Assembly (NCBI RefSeq): GCF_000354175.2
Contig: NC_022359.1
Coordinates: 1,780,171-1,812,170 of the forward strand
DNA: 32,000 bases
Source: Vibrio alginolyticus NBRC 15630 = ATCC 17749
Lineage (GTDB): Bacteria; Pseudomonadota; Gammaproteobacteria; Enterobacterales; Vibrionaceae
Direction: 5' to 3'
A program made the position numbers and the translations under genes. The notes under the pieces were generated by a model. It was not told where the DNA came from and made no database searches. It was given only the letters and a program-made list of their open reading frames with translations. Shown here piece after piece: positions 17,115 through 26,489 of the stretch; position 1 is the stretch's first letter; each line of letters starts with the position of its first letter.

Positions 17115-17273
17115 CCCTAATTCGCTAGAGTAAAGTCACTAGGGTTAAACTCGAATAGATCCTTTATAGGTAATCGCTTACTAAGCGGGAAATAACAATT
17201 CCATTTCATATTGATTAAGTTGAAAACGGAACCTATATCGGTTCAATTTAAATAGTTTATTTATAAGAACTAA

Positions 17274-17296
17274 AACGGCCCAAACATAGGGCCGTT
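17274..17296 (-). terminator. Terminator after the GntP-family permease gene
   Basis: The stem aacggccc pairs with gggccgtt around a 7-nt loop. On the minus strand it is followed by ttttagttc. Confidence 0.6.
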
Positions 17297-17380
17297 CATA
17301 TTATTAAAAAACTCTAAACTATCTGATAAAAATACATATTGTGATAGGTTTTTACTTTATGGAAGAGTACAAGTAAACCT

Positions 17381-18874
17381 TTATACCTCTTGTAATTCGA
17401 CGTGCTTAGCGCTGTAAGATTTTGTAAATGCAACACACCCCAAAAGTACAGCAAGTGGTAACACAGGATCAAAGATTGAACCATGAGATCCGAAGAATAA
17501 GTTAAGAATCATGACTAATGAACCACCAATAGCCCAAGCAATTGTTGTTGGAATAGTCCAAATAATGAGTTGTTTCTTAACCTCAGTCACCCCCATTAGT
17601 CGATTAACAATATGGAATAGCGAGTCATTAAAGTAGCCAGCAAATAGAGATCCCATCGTAGCTGCCGTCGCTGCGAATAAAAGGTTAACGTCAGGAATAT
17701 TTACTAAAACTGGGGCAGATATAGAAGCAGCGGTTATCATGGAGACTGTACCAGAGCCCTGAATAATACGAACTAACGTCGCAATAATAAATGGAATCAT
17801 AACCGCAGAAATAGGAAGCCCTGCAACTTGGTTAGCAATCTCTGCGCCCGCACCCGTTTCACGCAATACGGCACCTAACGCGCCACCAGCTCCTGTTACT
17901 AACAAAATGATGCCACAAGTGGAGATTCCTTGTTCCATCTTTTCATTCGCTTCTTCTTTGGTAAGGTTATTACCCAAAGTGTAAACCGCTAATAACGTCG
18001 CTATTGATAGTGCAATAGTAGGGCTGCCGATAAAAGCGATAAATTGACCAAATGTTGTTGCAGTCAGCCCTTCGAAACCGAAAGTCCCCTCTAATAAACC
18101 CATCACTGATTTCGCAAGTATAAGTAAAATAGGGATAATAATTGGAGCGATAGATTTACTTAAAGATGGTAGGTCTTTCGCTTCTTTACTTGCAATGTAC
18201 TCTTTGTGATCATTAATCAGTTGCTCACTAGACTTCGAGAAATGTTCGGTTGGAATGAATTCAGGAAACTGTTTTTCTAACCATCTTGCATACCAAACAA
18301 TACCCATGACACAAGGCGCTGCGATCATCAAACCAAAACCTAACATGCTGGCAAGATCGACACCAAAGATACCAGCAACTCCCAAAGGCCCTGGAGTCGG
18401 CGGAATAGCGTGATGCGCTACGACCAAGCCGCCCGCCAGAGCAACCGTAAGCGTTAAAATCGAGCGATTAGACGTTTTTGACAAAGACTTCGCTATTGGA
18501 TAAAGAATGATAAGCGCGCTATCCACAAAGATTGGGATGCTAACAATATAGCCAGTTACAGCAAGAGCGGCCTCTTCTTTCTTTTTTCCTAACCACTTTA
18601 TAAAATTATAGGCAATACTTTCTCCTGCTCCAGAAGCCTCTAAAATAGCCCCCATCATAACGCCGAGACCGATGACAATCCCTATACCGCCTAATGTTCC
18701 ACCAAATCCTTTGCTAACGGTCGCAATCGTGTCGTCAACACTTAACCCACCAATAATACCTGCGATACATGCCGCAATTAACATCGCAATTAACACATGT
18801 ACTTTTGTACGTAATACAAGAAAAACAAGGACTGATACGGCTACTATTAGTCCAATTACTGAGGTTGGTAACAT
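17381..18874 (-). CDS. GntP-family acid-sugar:H+ symporter (YgbN-like; probable threonate/erythronate permease)
   Basis: The protein is polytopic with GntP-like N- and C-terminal repeats. It is the last gene of the otn operon. Its start overlaps the denD stop as TAATG. Confidence 0.88.
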   Translation of the reverse strand: MLPTSVIGLIVAVSVLVFLVLRTKVHVLIAMLIAACIAGIIGGLSVDDTIATVSKGFGGTLGGIGIVIGLGVMMGAILEASGAGESIAYNFIKWLGKKKEEAALAVTGYIVSIPIFVDSALIILYPIAKSLSKTSNRSILTLTVALAGGLVVAHHAIPPTPGPLGVAGIFGVDLASMLGFGLMIAAPCVMGIVWYARWLEKQFPEFIPTEHFSKSSEQLINDHKEYIASKEAKDLPSLSKSIAPIIIPILLILAKSVMGLLEGTFGFEGLTATTFGQFIAFIGSPTIALSIATLLAVYTLGNNLTKEEANEKMEQGISTCGIILLVTGAGGALGAVLRETGAGAEIANQVAGLPISAVMIPFIIATLVRIIQGSGTVSMITAASISAPVLVNIPDVNLLFAATAATMGSLFAGYFNDSLFHIVNRLMGVTEVKKQLIIWTIPTTIAWAIGGSLVMILNLFFGSHGSIFDPVLPLAVLLGCVAFTKSYSAKHVELQEV

Positions 18875-19839
18875 TAGACAATCTCCATATTGTTAACAGA
18901 AATAAATTGTTGTAATACATCCTTGAAATTACTGTCTGCTTTAAATCCAAGCTCCAGTTCTTTAGTACAATCAATTTTTTGTGGCCAACTACTCACAATA
19001 CGATCAATACCCGCATCATGCTCATAGGTAATATAATTAGAAAGTTGTTTACCCATTAGAGTGTCCATTGTTTGAATCATCTCAGCTGGTGTAGTTTGAA
19101 TACCAGGTAAATTAAGCGTTCTATAGGACAGATTATTTAACTGCTCATAAGGCATTAGCCCTGCATATTGAATATTGTCCACCACTCTAGACGGGCTCGA
19201 TATCCAAAGTTTTAGCGTAGGGTCTACAGGACAATTTGATTCTTGAGCATTCAAAGGCTCACGAATAATTCCGCTTACGAAAGAACTAGCGGCAAGGTTT
19301 GGTTTCCCAGGGCGAATACAAATAGTCGGTAAACGTACGGATACAGCTTTAACAAAGCCTTTACGGGCATAGTCGTTAACCAATAATTCACCTATGGCTT
19401 TTTGCGTCCCGTAGGATGACTGAGGATGAAGAGCTGTTATTGGTGTAATCGTTTCCGGAAGATCACCACCAAATACAGCTAAAGATGAAGCAAACGTAAA
19501 ACGAATATTAGGGTTTACTTTACGGCAACGCTCAAGCAATAACTGTGTGGTCGTCAGGTTTACAGCTACGCCTAAATCAAAATCTTGCTCAGCATGGCTC
19601 GATACAATTGCCGCTAAATGAAAAATGTGTGTCGTTTCGGCAGTAATAACTTGGTCTATATTTTCTCGCTTTGTCATATCCATGACTAAAGAAACGACTC
19701 GGTCATCAATGCCCTCTAAGCGCGACTTTTGAATGTCGACAATAGTAATACTTTCAGCTTTGTTTTCTTTTAGTAGTGATTTGGCAAGTAGGGTTCCGAG
19801 AAAACCCGCCCCTCCAGTTATGATAATATTCATAGTCAC
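18874..19839 (-). CDS. denD: NAD-dependent epimerase/dehydratase-family dehydrogenase, probable D-erythronate 2-dehydrogenase
   Basis: The Rossmann motif IIITGGAGFLG and the catalytic YGTQK (YxxxK) are present. The assignment comes from operon context with otnK/otnC/otnI. Confidence 0.7.
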   Translation of the reverse strand: MTMNIIITGGAGFLGTLLAKSLLKENKAESITIVDIQKSRLEGIDDRVVSLVMDMTKRENIDQVITAETTHIFHLAAIVSSHAEQDFDLGVAVNLTTTQLLLERCRKVNPNIRFTFASSLAVFGGDLPETITPITALHPQSSYGTQKAIGELLVNDYARKGFVKAVSVRLPTICIRPGKPNLAASSFVSGIIREPLNAQESNCPVDPTLKLWISSPSRVVDNIQYAGLMPYEQLNNLSYRTLNLPGIQTTPAEMIQTMDTLMGKQLSNYITYEHDAGIDRIVSSWPQKIDCTKELELGFKADSNFKDVLQQFISVNNMEIV

Positions 19840-19894
19840 GACCCTTTGTTTTTGTAATTGGTTTCAAGTTATTTATGGATAGAAATTAAAATTG

Positions 19895-20671
19895 TTATAG
19901 GTATGGTTTAACCCAACTAAGGCCCAGCTGCGTGCTATGCCTTGGGTTGTATTCACAACCGATCCAGCCTTGGTAACCAGAGTCATCCAAAACATTGAAT
20001 AGGTGTGGGTAATTCAGTTCGCCTTCCGATGGTTCGTGCCTTTCAGGCACAGAAGCAATTTGAATATGGCCTGTGTATGGCGCCACATCGCGAATCAACG
20101 TACTCAGATCACCGTCCATAATTTGTGCGTGATAGAGATCGATCTGCAATTTCACGTTTGGACGAGCCACTTGTTTGATGAGTTCCACCGCTTCACGTTG
20201 ATGTGCAACAAAGTAGTTCGGTACATCGCGATTGTTGAGTGGCTCAATCATCAGCTCAACACCTTGTTCGGCAAACTTATCCGCTGCATAACGAATGTTT
20301 GAGATAAAGGTTTCAATATGCTGATCACGAGTGAAGCGTGAATCAACAATGCCAGGCATAGCGTGAACCTTTTTACAGTTCAGTGCCTTGGCGTACATCA
20401 GCGCAGTCTCGACGCTCGTTTTAAATTCATCCTCACGCCCCGGAATAGCTGCAAAACCTCGTTCACCTGCATCCCAATCACCTGGAGGCATGTTGAATAA
20501 CGCTTGCTCAAAACCAAACTGCTGTATCTTGCTTGCTAGTTCTTGCGCTTCGAATGCGTATGGGAAAAGGTATTCCACCGCTTTGAAGCCCGCTTGGTGT
20601 GCTTTTTCGAAACGATCTAGAAAAGGAACTTCTGTGAATAACATTGTCAGATTTGCCGCGAATTTAGCCAT
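19895..20671 (-). CDS. otnI: 2-oxo-tetronate isomerase (hydroxypyruvate isomerase family, YgbM-like)
   Basis: MAKFAANLTMLFTEVPFLDRFEKAHQAGFKAVEYLFPY resembles Hyi/YgbM. The protein is 258 aa, like YgbM. Confidence 0.82.
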   Translation of the reverse strand: MAKFAANLTMLFTEVPFLDRFEKAHQAGFKAVEYLFPYAFEAQELASKIQQFGFEQALFNMPPGDWDAGERGFAAIPGREDEFKTSVETALMYAKALNCKKVHAMPGIVDSRFTRDQHIETFISNIRYAADKFAEQGVELMIEPLNNRDVPNYFVAHQREAVELIKQVARPNVKLQIDLYHAQIMDGDLSTLIRDVAPYTGHIQIASVPERHEPSEGELNYPHLFNVLDDSGYQGWIGCEYNPRHSTQLGLSWVKPYL

Positions 20672-21321
20672 TACTTACCTCTCCCTTTTAGGTCTTGAAT
20701 CTCAGTATCCGTTAAGTAGCGGATGTTGCTGTCTTTAAGAATGAACGCTAGCTTCGCTGTCTCTTCTAGCTCTTCTGCGTTATCCACTGCATCTTCAAAG
20801 TCCGTACCCGTGATCACTGGACCATGGTTCGCCAGGAGGAAAGCTCTGTAGTCACTAGCCCGCTGCGCAAGTTCTTCAGCAATCTGAGGGTCGCCCGGGC
20901 GCAGGTACGGAATCACTGGCAGTTCGCCAATGCGCATTACAAAGTAAGGTGTGAAAGCTTTGATGGCATTCTCGCGGTCTAGACCTTCAAGACAAGAAAG
21001 CGCCGTCAAGTAAGTAGAATGCAGATGCACAATCGCATTACACTTTGAGTTATTTCGATAAATCGCCAGATGAAAAGCCACTTCTTTTGATGGCTTTTCA
21101 CCAGAGATATGGTTGCCATCAATATCCACAACCGAAAGCTCTTCAGCAATCAAGCGGCCGAACGAAGAACCAGTTGGCGTTGCCAGAAAGTGTCCATTAG
21201 GCAGTTTTAGAGAAAGGTTGCCAGCGCCGCCAGTCGCATAGCCACGTTCAAACATAGAGCGCGCCATAGTGACCATTTGCTCTCGCAGTTGTTGTTCTGT
21301 CATCAATTCTTTATTCATCAC
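20671..21321 (-). CDS. otnC: 3-oxo-tetronate 4-phosphate decarboxylase (class II aldolase/adducin family, YgbL-like)
   Basis: The class II aldolase fold is marked by GGAGNLS and the HLHS metal-ligand region. There is a 1-nt TAATG overlap with otnI. Confidence 0.82.
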   Translation of the reverse strand: MMNKELMTEQQLREQMVTMARSMFERGYATGGAGNLSLKLPNGHFLATPTGSSFGRLIAEELSVVDIDGNHISGEKPSKEVAFHLAIYRNNSKCNAIVHLHSTYLTALSCLEGLDRENAIKAFTPYFVMRIGELPVIPYLRPGDPQIAEELAQRASDYRAFLLANHGPVITGTDFEDAVDNAEELEETAKLAFILKDSNIRYLTDTEIQDLKGRGK

Positions 21322-21329
21322 AACCTCAC

Positions 21330-22589
21330 CTATTCAAAAAACGACTGTGCTTTGGCAAAGAAGTGTTCATCGCCGAAGTTGCCCGATTTCAGAGCCAAAG
21401 AAAGCTCGCCTTCAAGTGACTTCACCCAAGGTACACCTGGTGCGATTTGAGGACCAATATGAAAACCTTTTACGGCTAGGCTTTGGGTTACAACCCCTGA
21501 GGTTTCCCCACCCGCAACGATGAAATTTTTCACACCGTGCTGCTGAAGTTTGATTGCAAGTTGGCTAAAGAATTGTTCAACCGCGTGACTTGAAGCATGC
21601 GCGCCAAACTCTTGTTGAATCGCTTTTAACGCCGCTGCATCTGCGGTTGCGTAAACCAGTGGTGCGAACTCGCTTTCGATGTTGGTCATGACCCAATCAA
21701 ACACTTGATTTGAGTAGTCTTCTTCCGTCAGACACGCCTTCACATCAATAGCAAAGTGTGGCGCTTTTTCTTTGTAAACAGCGACCTGTTGGTTGGTCAT
21801 GACAGAACAAGATCCAGATAACACAACGGTTGGTGCCTTTTTAGGGTTCCCCTCTTGCTTCGCATCACTTTGATCTTCAAGGCTCTCTATCCAGTTCTTA
21901 GCAATACCCGCAGCCAAACCAGAACCACCAGTTACCAGTTTTAGAGACTTCGCCGCTTGGCCAAGTGTGACAAGATGCTCTGCATTGAATGCATCAACCA
22001 CTGCGTAGCGGTTGCCTTGTACTTTTAGCTCTTCAAAGCGCTCAATTACCGCTTTTGGACCTTGTTCAATTATTTGGAAGTTCACCAGGCCAGATTTGCC
22101 TTGAGATTGAGCATCCATCATACGAACTAGGCTTGAATCAGTCATTGGTGTCACAGGGTGATTACGCATACCTGAGTCGCTTAGCAAGTCTTGGAATACA
22201 AATAGATGGCCGTTGAAAACTGTGCGACCATTCACTGGTAATGATGGGCAGACAATGGTGAACGCTTCACCTAGCTCTGCAAGCAGTGCATCCGTTACAG
22301 GACCAATGTTACCTTCTGCTGTGCTGTCAAACGTTGAGCAGTACTTGAAGTAAAACTGCTGACAGCCATTTGCTTGCAGCCACTTAAGCGCCGCTACTGA
22401 ATCCTCGATTGCCTCATCTACAGGACAAGAGCGAGATTTAAGACTGATCACGACCGCATCTGCGTTTACATCAATCTCTTCTTTTGGAATACCGTTAAGC
22501 TGAACTGTGCGCATGCCGTTTTCTACAAGAAAACCTGCGATGTCTGTTGCGCCAGTAAAGTCGTCTGCGATAACGCCTAATAACATCAT
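21330..22589 (-). CDS. otnK: 3-oxo-tetronate kinase (DUF1537 four-carbon acid-sugar kinase, YgbK-like)
   Basis: The N-terminal signature GVIADDFTGATDIAGFLV is typical of DUF1537 kinases. Confidence 0.85.
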   Translation of the reverse strand: MMLLGVIADDFTGATDIAGFLVENGMRTVQLNGIPKEEIDVNADAVVISLKSRSCPVDEAIEDSVAALKWLQANGCQQFYFKYCSTFDSTAEGNIGPVTDALLAELGEAFTIVCPSLPVNGRTVFNGHLFVFQDLLSDSGMRNHPVTPMTDSSLVRMMDAQSQGKSGLVNFQIIEQGPKAVIERFEELKVQGNRYAVVDAFNAEHLVTLGQAAKSLKLVTGGSGLAAGIAKNWIESLEDQSDAKQEGNPKKAPTVVLSGSCSVMTNQQVAVYKEKAPHFAIDVKACLTEEDYSNQVFDWVMTNIESEFAPLVYATADAAALKAIQQEFGAHASSHAVEQFFSQLAIKLQQHGVKNFIVAGGETSGVVTQSLAVKGFHIGPQIAPGVPWVKSLEGELSLALKSGNFGDEHFFAKAQSFFE

Positions 22590-22611
22590 TTTTTCTCCGT
22601 TTTACGTGCGC

Positions 22612-23520
22612 TTATTTCTGTTTGTTTTCTACACCTGGAAGCTCAATACCATCAAAAATCTTGATAACGGCACTGTCGTCCTCCTGGCCAAAACCAGCAT
22701 TGCTTGCACTCAAAAACATGTTTAGTGCTGTGCTTGATAGAGGAAGTGGAAATTTGAGATCTTTTGCTGTGTCCGATACGAGGTTTAAATCTTTCACAAA
22801 GATGTCGACCATAGATTTAGGGGAGTAATCACCATCAACTACATGCTTCATGCGGTTCTCAAACATCCAAGAGTTACCCGCTGCATTCGTCACCACGTCG
22901 TACATCAGGTCAAGAGGAATGTTTGCACGTGCCGCTAATGCCATTGCTTCAGCACCAGCTGCGATATGAACACCTGCTAGCAATTGGTGGATAATCTTCA
23001 CAGTTGCGCCTAGGCCAATCGCTTCACCGATGTTGTAGACTTTAGCTGCCGTTGCGTTGAGTACTGGTTCAAGTGCATCAAATGTGCTTTGCGCTCCCGA
23101 CGCCATAATAGTCATCTCACCTAATTCTGCTTTTGCAGCACCACCAGATACCGGTGCATCAAGCATCACAAGATTGTGTTCTGCCAATTTCGCTTCAATT
23201 TGTTTTGCGTCTTCTGCTGAGATGGTTGCTGAAACCATTACTGGCGTATTCGGCTTAAGCGCTGTAGCAAGACCGGTCTTGAACAAGACCGTGTTAACTT
23301 GAGCTGCGTTCACAACAAGAACTAGAACCGAATCAAGCTTATCTGCAAACTCAACTGCATTTGTAGAAACAGCTTTTGCACCGAATGAACCTAACTCTTC
23401 AAGCGCTTGAGAATTTAAATCGAAACCATAGACATCTAGGCCTGCACGCACACATGACTTTGCGGCGCCCATTCCCATAGAGCCTAAACCGATAACACCT
23501 ACAGATTGAACTTCACTCAT
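22612..23520 (-). CDS. ltnD: Beta-hydroxyacid dehydrogenase, probable L-threonate 2-dehydrogenase (YgbJ-like)
   Basis: VGVIGLGSMGMGAA is the Rossmann motif of the 3-hydroxyisobutyrate dehydrogenase family. The protein is 302 aa, like YgbJ, and is the first gene of the operon. Confidence 0.78.
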   Translation of the reverse strand: MSEVQSVGVIGLGSMGMGAAKSCVRAGLDVYGFDLNSQALEELGSFGAKAVSTNAVEFADKLDSVLVLVVNAAQVNTVLFKTGLATALKPNTPVMVSATISAEDAKQIEAKLAEHNLVMLDAPVSGGAAKAELGEMTIMASGAQSTFDALEPVLNATAAKVYNIGEAIGLGATVKIIHQLLAGVHIAAGAEAMALAARANIPLDLMYDVVTNAAGNSWMFENRMKHVVDGDYSPKSMVDIFVKDLNLVSDTAKDLKFPLPLSSTALNMFLSASNAGFGQEDDSAVIKIFDGIELPGVENKQK

Positions 23521-23571
23521 AAAAACAATGCCTTCTGGTCTATTAAACTTTGTTAATTCTTGTTTGGTTGG

Positions 23572-23741
23572 TGTGATTATATGTGAAGATTAATACTAAG
23601 ACCTCGCTTTGAATCACATTTTTTCACACAAATTAACAATGTCGTGATATATACCTCTTTATGGGCAGAGATATTCCGAGCAGTTAACACAAGCGAAGGC
23701 TGTTCTTACAACGTTGAGAACATAATTCACAGATATTCACA
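23572..23741. promoter_or_regulatory. Three pairs of TGTGA/TCACA pentamers, each pair spaced exactly 10 bp (candidate DeoR operator array)
   Basis: TGTGA starts at 23572 and 23582. TCACA starts at 23614 and 23624, and again at 23727 and 23737. The last pair forms ATTCACA-N3-ATTCACA. All lie in the ltnD/deoR divergent intergenic region. Confidence 0.4.
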
Positions 23742-23794
23742 ACAAATGAAAAGATTGGTAGGATACTGAAAAACAAGAATATAGAAGTGAAACT

Positions 23795-24553
23795 ATGATC
23801 CCAGCAGAACGTCAAAGAACCATATTATCCCTGTTATCACATCAAGAAGTGTTAAGCATTTCAGATTTAACCGACCACCTTGGCGTATCACATATGACCA
23901 TTCGTCGTGATATCGTGAAGCTTGAATCCTCAGGTAAAGTCGTTTCTGTTTCTGGTGGAGTGCAACTCGCTCAAGCTCTACATTCCGAACTTTCCCATGA
24001 TGCGAAGGTCGAGCAACAAGCGGATGAAAAAATTCAAATTGGTAAGCTGGCGGCTACGTTAATTGGTCAAGACGCTACGATTTACTTGGATGCGGGAACA
24101 ACCTCTCTAGAAATCGCCCATCAAATAGCAAATCGTAATGATCTTTTAGTGATCACCAATGACTTCTCTATTGCTGCTTTCCTTATGGCGCACAGTGAAT
24201 GTGAGCTTTACCACACTGGGGGAAAAATTGACCGCGAGAACCAATCCACCATTGGTGGAAAAGTCGCAGAGTTCTTGAATGGGCTAAATATTGATATCGC
24301 CTTTATTTCGACTTCATCTTGGAGCTTGAAAGGCTTATCAACACCTAATGAAAATAAAGTTCTCGTTAAAAAAGCAATCATCAAGGCGGCACAAACCAAT
24401 TATCTGATCTCAGACTCAACTAAATACGGTCAGATAGCGAGCTTTCATGCATTAGACATCGAGCAATTGGACGGAATTATTACCGATCGAAACCTATCCG
24501 AAGTGGTCACTCAAGAATTAACGGATAAAGGATTACGTGTGTATAAAGAGTAA
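23795..24553 (+). CDS. DeoR-family transcriptional regulator (YgbI-like)
   Basis: The N-terminal HTH ISDLTDHLGVSHMTIRRDIVKLE is followed by a C-terminal DeoR sugar-phosphate-binding domain. The gene is divergent from the otn operon. Confidence 0.9.
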   Translation: MIPAERQRTILSLLSHQEVLSISDLTDHLGVSHMTIRRDIVKLESSGKVVSVSGGVQLAQALHSELSHDAKVEQQADEKIQIGKLAATLIGQDATIYLDAGTTSLEIAHQIANRNDLLVITNDFSIAAFLMAHSECELYHTGGKIDRENQSTIGGKVAEFLNGLNIDIAFISTSSWSLKGLSTPNENKVLVKKAIIKAAQTNYLISDSTKYGQIASFHALDIEQLDGIITDRNLSEVVTQELTDKGLRVYKE

Positions 24554-24730
24554 CACTACCTAAACATCTGAGTTCGCGTAACTTTTATACTCGTTAATTT
24601 ATAGGTGCTTCCAATATACATAGACCGTGCTGTGTACTTTCTGGCAGAAAACACATCCTTTTGTTTTCTAAATTACCAAATTACTTATTACATCTGGATA
24701 TGGAAGCTCACTTCGCTTTATCGCTGCTCG

Positions 24731-26485
24731 TCATTTGTCATCAAAAATCAAATTCACCGCAATTGCCATCAAAACTAAACCTGAGATTGGCAGTAAGACA
24801 CCTAATGGTGAGCGCTCGATATAAGGCAGATTCTCTGCAATCAGTAAGCCCCACTCAGGTTCTGGCGGCTTAACGCCAAGTCCGATAAAACTCAGAGACG
24901 TCAGGCTGAGCGTAATGTATGGCAAACGTAGAAACGCGTGACGAATCAATGGCGGCAGTACGTAAGGCAACAAGTAGTAACGGAGTACTTGCCACTGACT
25001 GGTTCCCCAAATGGGCGCAAGATGCGTATAAGGCTGCGCTTTGGCTTCCATCAACAAGCTCGCACAGTGCGCCGCTAATGGTGCCCACGACACCATAACA
25101 ATCGCAATCAAAGCACTGTTTGGGTTCATCCCCGTTAGACCAGCAATCAGCAGACCCGCCACAATGTATGGCACACCTTTGGTGATCTCAATTAAGCCTT
25201 GGCTATAACGAGTCACGAAGCCGAGCAGCAAACCAATCACCAAACTTAGGAACGTTGCGATGATGCCCATTTTGATTGTCGACATCATACCGCCGCCAAC
25301 GCGAGCAAGCAGATCTCGCCCGACCGCATCTGCACCAAACGGGGCAGCTAAGCTTGGCGATTCAAGGCGGGTAAATTGGATGGTGTAAGGATCGCGCATT
25401 AACGCCCATCCAGCACAACCAATCAGCAAGACAAAGATTGTGGCACTGACGATACGTTTGGTGGTGCTTTGGGTAAAACGGAACGTGCTGTGACTGCTGA
25501 TCAACTTGCCACTTGTGACACTGTGCCCGAGTAACCAACGTTGCAATAAGATGCTCGCACTGCTGATTAACATCGAGAACACCAACAACACCAACAAGCC
25601 GCCTTGCAGCATCGGCAGATCTTGTGACTTCGCTGCACCTAAGATTAGTCGTCCGATGCCCGGAATGGAAAACACTTGTTCCACAGCAACCGCGCCGCCG
25701 GTTAAACCAATCACCGTCATTGCGATTTGAGGAATCAAGTTACTAACGGCACGCCACAAGGCAAAGCGTAAGATTTGAAACTTACTGACGTTTGCCGATA
25801 GCCAAGTGATCACCCAAGGCTCATCCAATACACGCTTGAGGCTGTCATTGAGCAAGCGCCCGAACAAACCAGCAGCAGGCAATGCCATTGCCAAACTTGG
25901 TAGCCAGAGGTTTTGCACGCCTTGCCAACCATAAGGCGGGAACCAGCCCAACCAAATGGAAAACACCATGATCAGCAACGAAGCAATCACGTATTCAGGC
26001 AGTGAGACCAACACCGAACTGAGCGTGTCATGATGTTTGTCTAAACGATTCTGTTGCCAACGACGCACAGTGTAAAGGACGCTCGCCATACACATTACAA
26101 ATGCCATGCCTAGCGCTGTAAGCATCAGTAATAGCGACGTTTTTGCGGTTTGTTGAACGCTCTCCATCACGGATGCGCCACTCACCCAAGAGACACCTAA
26201 GTCACCTTGCATGGCAAGCGTCAACCAATCCCACAGTCGCTCAGCAGCGCTGCGGTCAAGTTGAAGATCTTCTCGAATTGCTTGCAGAGCTTCCGCCGTC
26301 AGCAATTGTTGAGCACCCGCACGGGCACGGAGGATTGATTGGCTTGGATCGATACCGGCAATATCCGGCATCAAACCCACCATCACAACTACTACCCCGA
26401 GAGACAGGAAGCGCGACAAAAAACGCGTAAACCATTCAGGCATACAAGCGCTCCAACGAGAGCGCATGTTGGCAACAGACGACAT
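24731..26485 (-). CDS. Fused ABC permease (NikB/DppB-like half plus NikC/DppC-like half in one 584-aa polypeptide)
   Basis: Two binding-protein-dependent transport TMD units lie in tandem. The first roughly 320 aa align in pattern with NikB. The second half has the DppC-like N-terminus and the EAA-loop region. The start may be an internal ATG (26443). Confidence 0.85.
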   Translation of the reverse strand: MSSVANMRSRWSACMPEWFTRFLSRFLSLGVVVVMVGLMPDIAGIDPSQSILRARAGAQQLLTAEALQAIREDLQLDRSAAERLWDWLTLAMQGDLGVSWVSGASVMESVQQTAKTSLLLMLTALGMAFVMCMASVLYTVRRWQQNRLDKHHDTLSSVLVSLPEYVIASLLIMVFSIWLGWFPPYGWQGVQNLWLPSLAMALPAAGLFGRLLNDSLKRVLDEPWVITWLSANVSKFQILRFALWRAVSNLIPQIAMTVIGLTGGAVAVEQVFSIPGIGRLILGAAKSQDLPMLQGGLLVLLVFSMLISSASILLQRWLLGHSVTSGKLISSHSTFRFTQSTTKRIVSATIFVLLIGCAGWALMRDPYTIQFTRLESPSLAAPFGADAVGRDLLARVGGGMMSTIKMGIIATFLSLVIGLLLGFVTRYSQGLIEITKGVPYIVAGLLIAGLTGMNPNSALIAIVMVSWAPLAAHCASLLMEAKAQPYTHLAPIWGTSQWQVLRYYLLPYVLPPLIRHAFLRLPYITLSLTSLSFIGLGVKPPEPEWGLLIAENLPYIERSPLGVLLPISGLVLMAIAVNLIFDDK

Positions 26486-26489
26486 CGAG

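Noticed and set aside
20003-23302. Plus-strand ORFs within the otn operon genes (20003..20302, 20388..20738, 21269..21523, 21989..22216, 22507..22828, 23057..23302).
   Set aside because: All are antisense to well-supported operon genes and have Ser/Pro/Cys-rich shadow-like compositions.
24646-24669. An AT-rich hairpin (agaaaaca / tgttttct) considered as a terminator between the DeoR and permease genes.
   Set aside because: The stem is almost all A-T and no U-tract follows on either strand. This is too weak to call.
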